Position numbers and translations under genes: made by a program. A stretch of DNA of 64,000 bases from an uncultured delta proteobacterium. Lineage in GTDB: Bacteria; Desulfobacterota; BSN033; UBA1163. Of this stretch, positions 9,245-21,006 are shown in pieces; position 1 is the stretch's first letter, and each line of letters begins with the position of its first letter. Location of the stretch: contig CAWHBU010000004.1 in the NCBI GenBank assembly GCA_963827685.1, positions 352,001 to 416,000 on the forward strand, given 5' to 3'. Under the pieces are notes generated by a model. That model was not told the origin of the DNA. It ran no database searches and worked only from the letters and a program-made list of their open reading frames with translations.

Positions 9245-9796
9245 GTGAATGATGTGGATAAGTTAATTATCGTACTAATTGGTTTGGCAATTTTCTTTAT
9301 ATGCGAATATTTGACTCCTCCAACAATTCAATCAATTAATTTAATAATAATATCCATTGGAGTTTATATAGCTTGGTCTCAATTGAGTAACATGAATACC
9401 CAAAGAAAAGCAGATTTTACTTATAAGATCTACAAAGACCTTTTGGAATGGCTTGCTTCCCATAAGGAATGTAGGGAATGGATATTTTCAGATTTAAATA
9501 ATTTCCCCCCATTAAAGCCCAATTACGAAAAATGGGAATTTGATGATTATCTTGGGTTTTTTGAAGCTGTTTGGAGTTTGAGGAAGAGAAGATTAGTAGA
9601 TGAGAAAATGGTTTATGACCTTCTTTCCGATTATCTTATTACAGTTTATGAAGCTAATAATTATGAGCTAAAGACAATAATTCAAGAGATAAGGAAAAAA
9701 GAAGGACGGGATTTTTATGAAGGACTGGAAGAACTCTATAAAGAAATGAAAAAACATGAAACAAAGAAATTTAACAAAGCGAAGTGCAAGCAATAG
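9245..9796 (+). CDS. Membrane-anchored DUF4760-like protein
   Basis: Two N-terminal TMs, YLGFFE...LVDEKMVYD pattern. Confidence 0.55.
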   Translation: MNDVDKLIIVLIGLAIFFICEYLTPPTIQSINLIIISIGVYIAWSQLSNMNTQRKADFTYKIYKDLLEWLASHKECREWIFSDLNNFPPLKPNYEKWEFDDYLGFFEAVWSLRKRRLVDEKMVYDLLSDYLITVYEANNYELKTIIQEIRKKEGRDFYEGLEELYKEMKKHETKKFNKAKCKQ

Positions 9797-9816
9797 AACT
9801 TAAAAAACACAGGAGA

Positions 9817-9852
9817 GGAGGTGAACCCGATTAACCCTAACCGGCCAATGGC
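9817..9852 (+). repeat. 36-bp direct repeat, copy 2
   Basis: GGAGGTGAACCCGATTAACCctaaCCGGCCAATGGC. Confidence 0.85.
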
Positions 9853-10102
9853 GGTACCTCTTTCTTATAATCTTAACTTTTCGTAAGAAGTTAGTATTAA
9901 CATCCCGCCAAATTCTCCAAGTATTCTAAACCATTGTTTAAACAATCCCGCAATCACATCAATCCTATCCAACCTATCCTAACGATGAATCAGTAACCTC
10001 TTTACCCTCCTTAATTAATTATTTTGTTCGCACGAAATAGCAGGGATGGGGACCAGGCTCGACCACCCAGTCTCTGGTCTTTTGCGAGGTCTTCCTGGTA
10101 AA

Positions 10103-10266
10103 AATGTTACCGTTAACATTAGATTCGATATTATCGTTAACACAATTGATTGATTTCAAAAATATGTGGCAAGCAAGCATTGGAAATCATTAATGAATAG
10201 ATTAATATCATGTTTTGTTAAAAAATTCACTTTTTTATTGAAATTTCTATTTCTGGGTTCTATAAT
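10103..10266 (+). promoter_or_regulatory. OFA transporter promoter with two LacI-type operators and a Rex-like box
   Basis: AATGTTACCGTTAACATT(10103-10120), TATTATCGTTAACA(10129-10142), TTGTTAA-AAAA-TTCACTT(10215-10232), TTGAAA-17bp-TATAAT(10238-10266). Confidence 0.55.
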
Positions 10267-10296
10267 TATGGTCAATTTACCCGCCTACGCAGAAGA

Positions 10297-10646
10297 CCAC
10301 GCCTGCGTGCCCTGCCTTCGCCGAAGCGGCTTCGCGCAGGCAGGCGAAACGCTAAAACGGACTTAGGCGTGCAGGCACGGACTATGCCCGTGGACGCCGT
10401 CGGCCATAGCCTATGGCGTCGGACGATGAATGCGTAAGTCATGCCGAATCATTCTATGTCGATGTGCTGCGTTGCTTCGGCGGATTTCGCTACTGGCGGA
10501 TAACCCTTCGAAGCCTTGGCGCTTGCGCGCCGAAGCGCTACAGCGCCCAGGTGCGTAGGAGGGTATTTTCATGGAGGAGCCACGCCTGCGTGCCGGAACT
10601 TTTTGGGGAAGACATCTGATCGTGGCACTTCGGCGTGCAGGCACGG
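10297..10646. repeat. Cluster of GC-rich palindromic REP/MITE-like elements, one nested
   Basis: CCACGCCTGCGTGCC...GGCGTGCAGGCACGG at 10297-10380 and 10580-10646; the first contains CCTGCCTTCGCCGAAGCGGCTTCGCGCAGGCAGG. Confidence 0.75.
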
Positions 10647-10690
10647 GCTTTGCCGGTGGTGCTCCACATCTCAGAACGGAGGGAAACAAG

Positions 10691-11962
10691 ATGGGTAGAA
10701 AAGGCTGGTTAGTTACTTTTTCAGGAATGGGTTTGAATCTGGCTTTAGGCGTTTTGTATTCATGGAGTGTTTTCGGTAAACAATTTACAGAGGCTGTTGA
10801 TAAAGGCGGGTTCGGATGGAGTAAAACCAATGCGGCTCTACCTTATACCGTAGCTATAGCTTTCTTTGCTGCAATGATGGTTCCGGCTGGCCGTCTTCAG
10901 GATAAATTTGGTCCGCGCATCGTAGCCACCGTGGGCGCCTTATTGACAGGGTTAGGGCTTGTTGTGACAGGCTTTGCTACACCAGGGAATATCTTACCTG
11001 CTCTAATCGGTTTCGGTATGATGGCTGGTACAGGAATTGGTTTAGGATATGCTACGGCTACCCCTGCGGCAGTGAAATGGTTTCCTCCAGAGAAAAAGGG
11101 ATTGATTACCGGCATTGTAGTGAGCGGTTTTGGCCTTGCTTCTGTTTATATCGCCCCGGTCAGTAGATCTTTTCTTGCTGCCTATGGAGTGAAAGGTGCA
11201 TTCATGATTCTCGGCATCGGTTTTGCCGTGATCACGTTCATCCTCACCCAATTTATCAATAATCCTTCCACTCCGGCTGTGGCTTTAAATCAGCAAGTCT
11301 CTCACAACAATAACAACTATAAGGTTGATTATTCCTGGTCAGAAATGTTAAGGACTCGAACCTTCTACCTTCTTTGGATTGAGTTTGCGTGCGGAGCCAT
11401 GGCAGGCCTGATGATCATCGGACACCTGGCCAAGATTGTCTCTGTCCAGTCAGGAAATGCGATTCAGATCGGTTTCATCTTTGTGGCACTCCTCGCCATT
11501 TTTAACGCCGGAGGTCGTCTCGTTGCGGGTTTCGTATCCGACTATATTGGCCGATTAAAGACGATCTTAATTATCTGCTTAAGTCAGGCCGTGGTCATGT
11601 TTTTCTTCTCGAAGATTTCCACGATCTCCACGTTTGTCCTGGGATCTGCCGTCGTCGGATTTAGTTACGGGGCCTGTCTCTCTCTGTTCCCCTCGACCTG
11701 TGCCGATTATTGGGGGACAAAAAATCTTGGGTTGAATTACGGGATCCTTTTTACAGCATGGGGTGTGGGAGGAGTATTCGGGCCCATCCTGGCCGGTAGG
11801 ATCGCAGACGCCTCGGGCAATTATACTATGGCCTATATCATCTCAGCCTCTCTGATGATCTTTGCAGCGATCCTCACCTTCTTCACGAAAGCTCCCGAGA
11901 GGAAGATGGCAGAGGAATTCTCCCAGCCGATTCTTGCAAGAGAACTTCAGGCGACAGATTGA
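10691..11962 (+). CDS. OFA family (oxalate/formate antiporter-like) MFS transporter
   Basis: GVLYSWSVF, GRLQDKFGPR, KWFPPEKKGLITG, NAGGRLVAG.VSDYIGR, GLNYGILFTAWG. Confidence 0.92.
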   Translation: MGRKGWLVTFSGMGLNLALGVLYSWSVFGKQFTEAVDKGGFGWSKTNAALPYTVAIAFFAAMMVPAGRLQDKFGPRIVATVGALLTGLGLVVTGFATPGNILPALIGFGMMAGTGIGLGYATATPAAVKWFPPEKKGLITGIVVSGFGLASVYIAPVSRSFLAAYGVKGAFMILGIGFAVITFILTQFINNPSTPAVALNQQVSHNNNNYKVDYSWSEMLRTRTFYLLWIEFACGAMAGLMIIGHLAKIVSVQSGNAIQIGFIFVALLAIFNAGGRLVAGFVSDYIGRLKTILIICLSQAVVMFFFSKISTISTFVLGSAVVGFSYGACLSLFPSTCADYWGTKNLGLNYGILFTAWGVGGVFGPILAGRIADASGNYTMAYIISASLMIFAAILTFFTKAPERKMAEEFSQPILARELQATD

Positions 11963-11978
11963 TTCTTGATCCCTTCCG

Positions 11979-12006
11979 AAAAGCCCCCGCATGGGGGCTT
12001 TTTTTT
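11979..12006 (+). terminator. Intrinsic terminator
   Basis: AAAAGCCCCC-GCAT-GGGGGCTTTTTTTT. Confidence 0.9.
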
Positions 12007-12022
12007 GGCCTATGACCGTTAT

Positions 12023-12316
12023 CCCCCTCACCCTATCCCTCTCCCCAAGGAGGTTGTGTCGTAATCAATGACGGAGGGGAGATATTGACAGAGCAGACAG
12101 TCAAGTTCCTCAGCTTTAGAAGGCGGTCATTTAGAGGTATGGGTAATCGAGCTTCTTTCAAATGTAATCTTTCCATGGGCTTGCAGCCCCGTAGCTGACC
12201 GATAAAAGGTTTCCGCCCTAAAGCTTCGTCACCTGACCGCCTGCTCCGTCTTGTTGCGAGAGCGGTCTCTTGTTCATTATGACACAGTCTCAAGGGGAGA
12301 GGGGAGGGTGAGGGGG
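12023..12316. repeat. Palindromic REP-like element split by a MITE
   Basis: Arms CCCCCTCACCCTATCCCTCTCCCC (12023-12046) and GGGGAGAGGGGAGGGTGAGGGGG (12294-12316). Confidence 0.75.
12050..12291. mobile_element. MITE or internally deleted IS (242 bp)
   Basis: TIRs GAGGTTGTGTCGTAAT / ATTATGACACAGTCTC, flanked on both sides by AAG. Confidence 0.7.
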
Positions 12317-12380
12317 ACGTTTACTTAGAAAAAGGGGATGTTGATTCCCTTTCAAAACTCATTTAGAATGAACTTTAAAG

Positions 12381-12448
12381 TGAAGCTCCCCGCCCATCCC
12401 GTTAGGACGGGACAGGCACGGCGGGGCTTGCGGGGCACGTTCCGGCCA
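12381..12448. repeat. Palindromic dispersed repeat (related copy at 50402-50500)
   Basis: TGAAGCTCCCCGCC...GGCGGGGCTTGCGGGGCACG with inner TCCCGTTAGGACGGGA hairpin. Confidence 0.7.
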
Positions 12449-12490
12449 GAGGGATTCTCGAATCTCTATCCGAACAGAAGGAGTTTGAGC

Positions 12491-15193
12491 ATGCCAAACG
12501 AATTGAAGAAGACAGCGCTTTATTCGTGGCATAAGGGGCACGGCGGGGAATTGATTGAATTTTCCGGTTGGGAAATGCCTGTTGCTTATCAACGGGGTAT
12601 CCTCGAGGAGCATTCAAGCACAAGGAGATTTGGAGGACTCTTCGATAACTCCCATATGGGACGTTTTTTGATTCGCGGAATAGACGCTGTTCCTTTTATG
12701 CAGCATATCTTAACAAACAATGTGACCGCCCTTGATCCGGGTGTGGCCCAGTACACGCTGATTCAGAATGAAGAGGGAGGTTCGATTGACGATGCCTACG
12801 TCTATCGGCTGGAAGAAGAGGATCCTTCTCTGGAAACAAATTATCTCCTTGTTGTGAATGCGGCGAATAGGGAGAAAGATTGGAATTGGTTTCTCGATCA
12901 TAAGAAACAGTACAAGAATGTGGCGATTGACGACAAAACCGATGAAATCGGAATGATCGCACTCCAAGGTCCTCACGCCAGGAAAGTATTAGAGAAGATT
13001 CTTTTGGAAGATCGCCCAAAACTTCCTGACCCATGGAGAAATCGCCTAAGGGTTTGTGAGTTAGAGGGAGAGCACGTCCACGTAACGATCTCAAGAACAG
13101 GATACACGGGTGAACCCATCTGTTTCGAATTATTTTTGCCTGGGGAGAAGTTAAGGCTCTTATGGAAGAAGATCCTTGACGCCGGAGAGAAAGAGGGAAT
13201 TGTTCCCGTAGGTTTAGGAACGAGGGATACCCTGAGGCTGGAAGCAGGACTACCCCTTCACGGTCACGAGTTAGGGCTCGATGCACAGGGAATCGATATC
13301 CCCATCTATGCGGTACCGTCAGCAGCAAGGCTGGCCATGAGTTTCTCTCCCTTAAAAGGAGAATTCATCGGAAGGGATATCCTGAAAAGGCAATTTGAAG
13401 AGGTGACGGCAAGAGAAAGCGGCAAACCTCTACCACCCAAAGAAAGACAGTTAGTTCCTAAAAGGATATTCCCGATTACCCTCAGCGGTCAGGAGGTTGC
13501 CGGACAGGGCGACGAAGTTTTTGCAAATGGGGAACTGGTGGGACATGTGTCGAGCGGGACGATGGCTCCCTATTGGGTTTTCTCTGATCGGGGAATCCTT
13601 TCAGAACCGACAGATGAAAAAAGAATGAGATCGATTGCCCTCGCTTATATCGATTCAGATTTAAAGGAGGGGCAGAGTATAGAAATTTCTTGCCGGGGGA
13701 AGAAGGTGGAAGGAGTGATCGTAGAAAGGCATCTCTCCAGCGAAGCTCCGCCTTACGCCCATCCTATTCTGATACAAGAACCGAAGAAGATTCATGCCCC
13801 AGTGGGAAGCTTAAAGGAGTTGTCCGAAAGACTCATCCGTCGCGTGGCTGAGAATACCCATTGGAGACAGAGAGAGACATTCAACCTCATCCCTTCGGAA
13901 ACGACCCCTTCTCTTCTTGTGAGACTTCTTACGATTTCCGATCCATCGGGCCGATATGCTGAACACCGGTTGATGAAAGCCTTTAGGGAAAGCGATGTCT
14001 TCTATTATCAAGGGACAGAGTTGATCGGAGAAGTGGAGGCCCTGGTCACGGAGGAGCTTCGACGCTTCCTCGGGTGCTCAGAAGTTGAGGCGAGGATAAC
14101 CAGCGGTCAGATGGCCAATACCGCTGTCTTCAGCGGGATCGTGGATTACCTCAACCGTTTGGACCGGAGAAGCGAGCCTCGCAGGATCAGAAAGGTGATG
14201 AACCATCATATCGGGAGGGGAGGGCACCTGAGCGCCCAACCCATGGGAGCCTTGAAAGATTTTATTGCCAATGATCCAACGACCGAGAGGCCAGCGGCTG
14301 TTCCTTTTCCCGTGATGAAGGATGATCTATACAGGATTGATCTGCTGAAAACCCGGGAATTGTTGGAAGGACATAAGCCCGATTTGATCGTTCTGGGCAA
14401 AAGCATGGTGATCTATAAAGAGCCTGTGAGGGAGGTTGCGGAAATGATTGCTCCGATGAATCCAAAACCAATCCTCCTCTACGACATGGCCCATGTTCTG
14501 GGACTGATCGGACCTTATTTCCAGGAGCCCTTTAAAGAAGGTGCGGATATTGTGACAGGTTCCACCCATAAGACTTTCTTCGGGCCACAGAGAGGGCTCA
14601 TTTCGAGTAACATGTCAGAGGGGACGGAATATGAGGAGCTATGGGAAGCGATTGTCCGTAGAGTCTTTCCCGGAAGCGTCAGCAACCATCACCTGGGAAC
14701 ACTGGTGGGCCTCTTACTGGCTGCCTATGAAATGAATGCCTTCAAGTCGGATTATCAGAAAGCGGTGATCTCCAATGCCAAGGCATTTGCGCGTGCCCTC
14801 AAAGATCAAGGAATCATGGTGGAAGGTGATTCAAGCATTGGATATACCGAGACCCATCAGGTCATCGGCAGGGTTGACTATGGAAAGGGGCCATTGGTCG
14901 CCGATCGGTTGGAAAAAAATAACATCATCGTGAACTATCAGAGCGCACCGGACGACGAGGCCTTCACCACGGCGAGTTGCCTGAGGATGGGGGTTCAAGA
15001 GATGACGCGTTTCGCGATGAAGGAAAATGACTTTGCTCAACTGGCCCAATACATGGGTGAGGTGATCCTTCATGACCGACCCATGGCTAAGGAAATTTCC
15101 CAATTCAGAAAAAAATTCACTGAAATGAAATACTGTCTGCCTGAATCGGAATCTCGATCCTTGGTGGAAAGATTGTTGGAGACGATCCGGTAA
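12491..15193 (+). CDS. gcvT-glyA: Fused glycine cleavage T protein (GcvT) / serine hydroxymethyltransferase (GlyA)
   Basis: N half: FSGWEMPV, LFDNSHMG, SRTGYTGE, RDTLRLEAG; C half: NLIPSE, GGHLS, YDMAHVLGL, GSTHKTFFGPQRG (PLP Lys), LRMG; one uninterrupted ORF. Confidence 0.92.
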   Translation: MPNELKKTALYSWHKGHGGELIEFSGWEMPVAYQRGILEEHSSTRRFGGLFDNSHMGRFLIRGIDAVPFMQHILTNNVTALDPGVAQYTLIQNEEGGSIDDAYVYRLEEEDPSLETNYLLVVNAANREKDWNWFLDHKKQYKNVAIDDKTDEIGMIALQGPHARKVLEKILLEDRPKLPDPWRNRLRVCELEGEHVHVTISRTGYTGEPICFELFLPGEKLRLLWKKILDAGEKEGIVPVGLGTRDTLRLEAGLPLHGHELGLDAQGIDIPIYAVPSAARLAMSFSPLKGEFIGRDILKRQFEEVTARESGKPLPPKERQLVPKRIFPITLSGQEVAGQGDEVFANGELVGHVSSGTMAPYWVFSDRGILSEPTDEKRMRSIALAYIDSDLKEGQSIEISCRGKKVEGVIVERHLSSEAPPYAHPILIQEPKKIHAPVGSLKELSERLIRRVAENTHWRQRETFNLIPSETTPSLLVRLLTISDPSGRYAEHRLMKAFRESDVFYYQGTELIGEVEALVTEELRRFLGCSEVEARITSGQMANTAVFSGIVDYLNRLDRRSEPRRIRKVMNHHIGRGGHLSAQPMGALKDFIANDPTTERPAAVPFPVMKDDLYRIDLLKTRELLEGHKPDLIVLGKSMVIYKEPVREVAEMIAPMNPKPILLYDMAHVLGLIGPYFQEPFKEGADIVTGSTHKTFFGPQRGLISSNMSEGTEYEELWEAIVRRVFPGSVSNHHLGTLVGLLLAAYEMNAFKSDYQKAVISNAKAFARALKDQGIMVEGDSSIGYTETHQVIGRVDYGKGPLVADRLEKNNIIVNYQSAPDDEAFTTASCLRMGVQEMTRFAMKENDFAQLAQYMGEVILHDRPMAKEISQFRKKFTEMKYCLPESESRSLVERLLETIR

Positions 15194-15243
15194 CGGTTTG
15201 GAGAGAGTCGTTCTGCCAAGAAATAAGGACGGGTGCGTTCAAG

Positions 15244-16362
15244 ATGATTAGTAAGAACGATATCATTGAAAAGGCTTACGAATGCGGTTTTGGGGATATT
15301 GGTTTCACCACTGCTGATTCTTTTGACTCCCAAAGGGAGCTTTTGCAAGAAAGACAAAAAGAGTATGAGTGGGCATTTAAAATGGGTTTGGATCTTATGG
15401 CAGGCACCGACCCCAAACGGATTTTTGCAGATGCCAAGACAATTATCGTTTTAATGGAAGTCTATTTTAAGGAAGCCTTTCCCCCCTCCATGGAAAATTA
15501 TTTCGGTCGTTGCTACTTGGATGATGACCGAATCGTCATGGATCATTTAGCGAAAAGGATTAAAGCCTTTCGCTCTTTTCTCCGAGATAACGGCATCAAT
15601 TCAAAAGTTCCGTTTCAACTCCCCCACAGGTTGGCCGCTGCTCGAGCCGGGATGGGCACATTTGGTAAGAACTGCCTTTTTTATTCAAACAAGGTGGTTT
15701 GCCAAGGTTCATGGGTATTGCCCATAGCGGTTGCCGTTGACCTTGAATTTTCACCTGATGAGCCCACACTTCGAGTGGGATGCCCGGATTGGTGCAAGAA
15801 CTCTTGCATTGTTGCATGCCCCACGGGCGCTTTAAAGGGGCCTCGTCATATAGACCCGACTCGATGTATCTCTTATCTCACTTACTATGGCGAAGGAATT
15901 ACTCCCATAGAGCTTCGTGAGCCCATGGGTTTGTGGGTCTATGGTTGTGATCATTGTCAGGACGTATGCCCGCGAAATGCCCCCTGGTTAGCTAAGGAAT
16001 TGCCCGTTAATAAAAAAGTAGCTGCGATGGTAGATGACTTCAAACTCAGTAAATTGTTACATATGGATAAGGCCTATTTTAACAGCAGAATCTGGCCGCA
16101 TATGTTTTACATATCTGACAAAGATCTATGGCGATGGAAGATGAATGTAGCGAGAGCCATGGGAAATAGCCGCGACGATGAGCATATCCCATATCTCTTA
16201 ACAGCATTCCGTAACAATGATGATGAAAGGGTATTGGGTATGGTGGCCTGGGCGATTGGTCGTATCGGTGGCCCAAGGGCTAAGAGAGCTTTGAATGATC
16301 TTCTTCCTGGAAGTGAGGGCTTGATTCGAGAAGAAATATTGCTTGCATTGGAAAAATCTTAA
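15244..16362 (+). CDS. queG: Epoxyqueuosine reductase QueG-like Fe-S protein with HEAT-like tail
   Basis: AARAGMGTFGKN, CPDWCKNSCIVACPTGAL, CISYLT, GCDHCQDVCP. Confidence 0.75.
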   Translation: MISKNDIIEKAYECGFGDIGFTTADSFDSQRELLQERQKEYEWAFKMGLDLMAGTDPKRIFADAKTIIVLMEVYFKEAFPPSMENYFGRCYLDDDRIVMDHLAKRIKAFRSFLRDNGINSKVPFQLPHRLAAARAGMGTFGKNCLFYSNKVVCQGSWVLPIAVAVDLEFSPDEPTLRVGCPDWCKNSCIVACPTGALKGPRHIDPTRCISYLTYYGEGITPIELREPMGLWVYGCDHCQDVCPRNAPWLAKELPVNKKVAAMVDDFKLSKLLHMDKAYFNSRIWPHMFYISDKDLWRWKMNVARAMGNSRDDEHIPYLLTAFRNNDDERVLGMVAWAIGRIGGPRAKRALNDLLPGSEGLIREEILLALEKS

Positions 16363-16442
16363 AGTTTGATTTTCAGCATTTCATTTGAGAGATCAAACGC
16401 AAGGATATATTGTGTTACATCAGGACTGACGGCGAGGCATTG

Positions 16443-17510
16443 ATGGCGAAAGTGATGATTCATCCTGCTACCTATGAGAATGTCCGTCAGGCTGTGGACC
16501 GGGCCTTTGAACTCTTCCCCTTGAAATTCCAGGGGAAGAAGGTGTTGATAAAACCCAATGTGCTTCGGGCTTCAAAGGCAGAAGAAGGGATCGTCACCCA
16601 TCCTGCAGTGGTTCGGGCCGTAGTGGAAAAGGTTGAGACAATGGGGCCCGCTTCCATCGTAGTGGGCGACAATCCGGGGATTTTCGGCTATGGGGCAAAT
16701 GAGGAATGCTTCAAGAGATCGGGTCTGATGGATGCAGCCAAGGGCTATTATCAAAACATCGGAAATGATTCACAGGGGGTTGATTTTAACCCCGATTTCG
16801 TGCCCACGGTGAGCCTCTCCCGAGCTGTCATAGACGCCGATATCATCATCAGTCTCCCGAAGTTCAAAACCCACGGCTTATCCGTCGTCACCGGAGCGAT
16901 CAAGAACAGTTATGGCCTTTTGCCCGGCGCGCAGAAGGCTAAGCTGCACAAGGCGGCCGGCCGCGCCGAACGCTTTCATGAGATGCTGATCGATGTGTTC
17001 CGGCTCCGGGTCCCCGATCTGTTCCTCATGGACGCCGTGATCGGTATGGAGGGCAATGGTCCGGCTTCCCCCGACCTCAGAAACATCGGCCTGATCCTGG
17101 CGTCTGACAACGCCGTGGCCTTGGATGGTGTCATGGCGACCATGATGGGGTGTGAACCGGGTCGGCTACGATTTCTTCAAAAGGCGAAGGAAGTGGGTTT
17201 GGGGGAATACGACCTCCGTACGATCGAAGTCATCGGGGAGTTGAGACAGCTGCCCGATTTCAAGCTTCCTCCGTTGGGCGGCGAAGCAAATCTTGATAAT
17301 GAGGCAATACAGAGAGTGGTACACAGCCGGACGATCCTGCGACCGCAAGCCGATCCTGAGCTGTGCACAGGCTGCGGCACCTGCATCGATCAGTGTCCGG
17401 TGTCAGCTTTGTCCATGAGTGACCACCTTCCCCAGGTGGATGCCGACACTTGTATCACTTGCTTCTGCTGCCAGGAAATCTGTCCCGAGAAAGCCATGAC
17501 CCTGAGATGA
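16443..17510 (+). CDS. DUF362 domain protein with 2x[4Fe-4S] ferredoxin domain
   Basis: VLIKPN, THP, PKFKTH, GAIKN, MEGNGP; CTGCGTCIDQCP and CITCFCCQEICP. Confidence 0.9.
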   Translation: MAKVMIHPATYENVRQAVDRAFELFPLKFQGKKVLIKPNVLRASKAEEGIVTHPAVVRAVVEKVETMGPASIVVGDNPGIFGYGANEECFKRSGLMDAAKGYYQNIGNDSQGVDFNPDFVPTVSLSRAVIDADIIISLPKFKTHGLSVVTGAIKNSYGLLPGAQKAKLHKAAGRAERFHEMLIDVFRLRVPDLFLMDAVIGMEGNGPASPDLRNIGLILASDNAVALDGVMATMMGCEPGRLRFLQKAKEVGLGEYDLRTIEVIGELRQLPDFKLPPLGGEANLDNEAIQRVVHSRTILRPQADPELCTGCGTCIDQCPVSALSMSDHLPQVDADTCITCFCCQEICPEKAMTLR

Positions 17511-17660
17511 TCTTCATGTTAGGTTGAATCGGCAGTTGAGTGTGCTTTAAAAGCATTGCCAAGCCCCGCCTTTGGCGGGATGGAGGATTCAAGGGTTCGA
17601 GGAGTCTAAAGGATAACTGGAATCCTCGAATCCTCAAACTAACGAAAGGGGGAGATTGAA

Positions 17661-18209
17661 ATGGTTAATCAAAAGAAGGTTCTTTTTTGGAGGTTGATGA
17701 TTTTGACATGCCTGATCATCGTCTGGGGGTGTGCGAATACTCCCAAAACTCTTGATCCTTCCGTTTCCGGACCACAGGTGATAGTGAATCCGGAATTCAT
17801 TCGTCTTTCGGTGTCTAAGTTGAAAGATACGAATATCGTCTTTGAGGGATCAGGGTTTAAATCTGGGGATTCGGTATTAATCACTCTCTTAGGTCCCAAT
17901 GAGACAAAGGTATTCGTTGCCGAAGCTCCAATTAAGCCTGATGGAACTTTCAATGCGCCGGTACCCCCTTTAACGAAGTTTATGGAGATTTTAAGGGCGG
18001 ACGTTACGTTTGATGAAAAGTTTCAGAATGTCGTGGTGATCAGTCAACCTCCCATTCCAAAGGGCGTCTATAGGGCGAAGGCTGGCAGCATGATTTCAAA
18101 GCAAACTGCAGAAACCAAAATGACTGTCAAAGGTCCAACCGTCATCGATAGCCTTAAAGATTGGATTGGAGGACTAACAGGAAAGATCAAGCACAAAAAG
18201 GAAAAATAG
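17661..18209 (+). CDS. Hypothetical lipoprotein
   Basis: Lipobox VWGC, purine-rich RBS. Confidence 0.75.
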   Translation: MVNQKKVLFWRLMILTCLIIVWGCANTPKTLDPSVSGPQVIVNPEFIRLSVSKLKDTNIVFEGSGFKSGDSVLITLLGPNETKVFVAEAPIKPDGTFNAPVPPLTKFMEILRADVTFDEKFQNVVVISQPPIPKGVYRAKAGSMISKQTAETKMTVKGPTVIDSLKDWIGGLTGKIKHKKEK

Positions 18210-18292
18210 AAAAGAAAGGGGCGATTTCGTCACTTCACCTTGGCAAATTCGGCGACCTTGAGGCGGTTAAGGGCAGGTTAGAAAAATAATAA

Positions 18293-18718
18293 TTAAACTG
18301 GCCCCAGTGGCTTTCGCCGTCTCTTCTCCGCTACCTTCAGTCTGGCTAAAGAGCGGCGCAAGGCAGCCTCAGCCGTGGCGGCCTCTGCGCTCAGGGGCGC
18401 GGCCTTCATCGTTTCTTGAGCACGTCTCTTGGCTTCCTCAGCGCGAACAGTATCAATTTCATCAACCCGTTCACAGGCATCAGCCAGGATAATCACTTTA
18501 TCAGGACGCACTTCAAGAAAGCCGCCGCTGATAACAAGATATTCTTCTTCCTTATCCTTTCTGATCATTAAATCCCCGGGCTGAAGCATGGTCATCAAAG
18601 GGGCATGATGGGGAAGGATACCCAACTGTCCCTCCACACCCCAGGCAACTAACGCACTCACATCATCAGAGAAAACCATTTTCTCTGCAGTGACGATTTC
18701 TAATCTGAACGTTGCCAC
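18293..18718 (-). CDS. atpC: ATP synthase epsilon
   Basis: LEIVTAE, GQLGILPHHAP, SGGFLEV. Confidence 0.97.
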   Translation of the reverse strand: MATFRLEIVTAEKMVFSDDVSALVAWGVEGQLGILPHHAPLMTMLQPGDLMIRKDKEEEYLVISGGFLEVRPDKVIILADACERVDEIDTVRAEEAKRRAQETMKAAPLSAEAATAEAALRRSLARLKVAEKRRRKPLGPV

Positions 18719-18720
18719 AA

Positions 18721-20996
<2,276 letters not shown>

Positions 20997-21006
20997 GATG
21001 GAGCTC

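Noticed and set aside
10166-10830. Several overlapping ORFs and the long N-terminal extension of the MFS ORF
   Set aside because: They are read through GC-rich palindromic repeats; the real MFS start is 10691
12033-12490. 86-aa minus ORF and 51-aa extension of gcvT-glyA
   Set aside because: They lie within MITE/REP sequence
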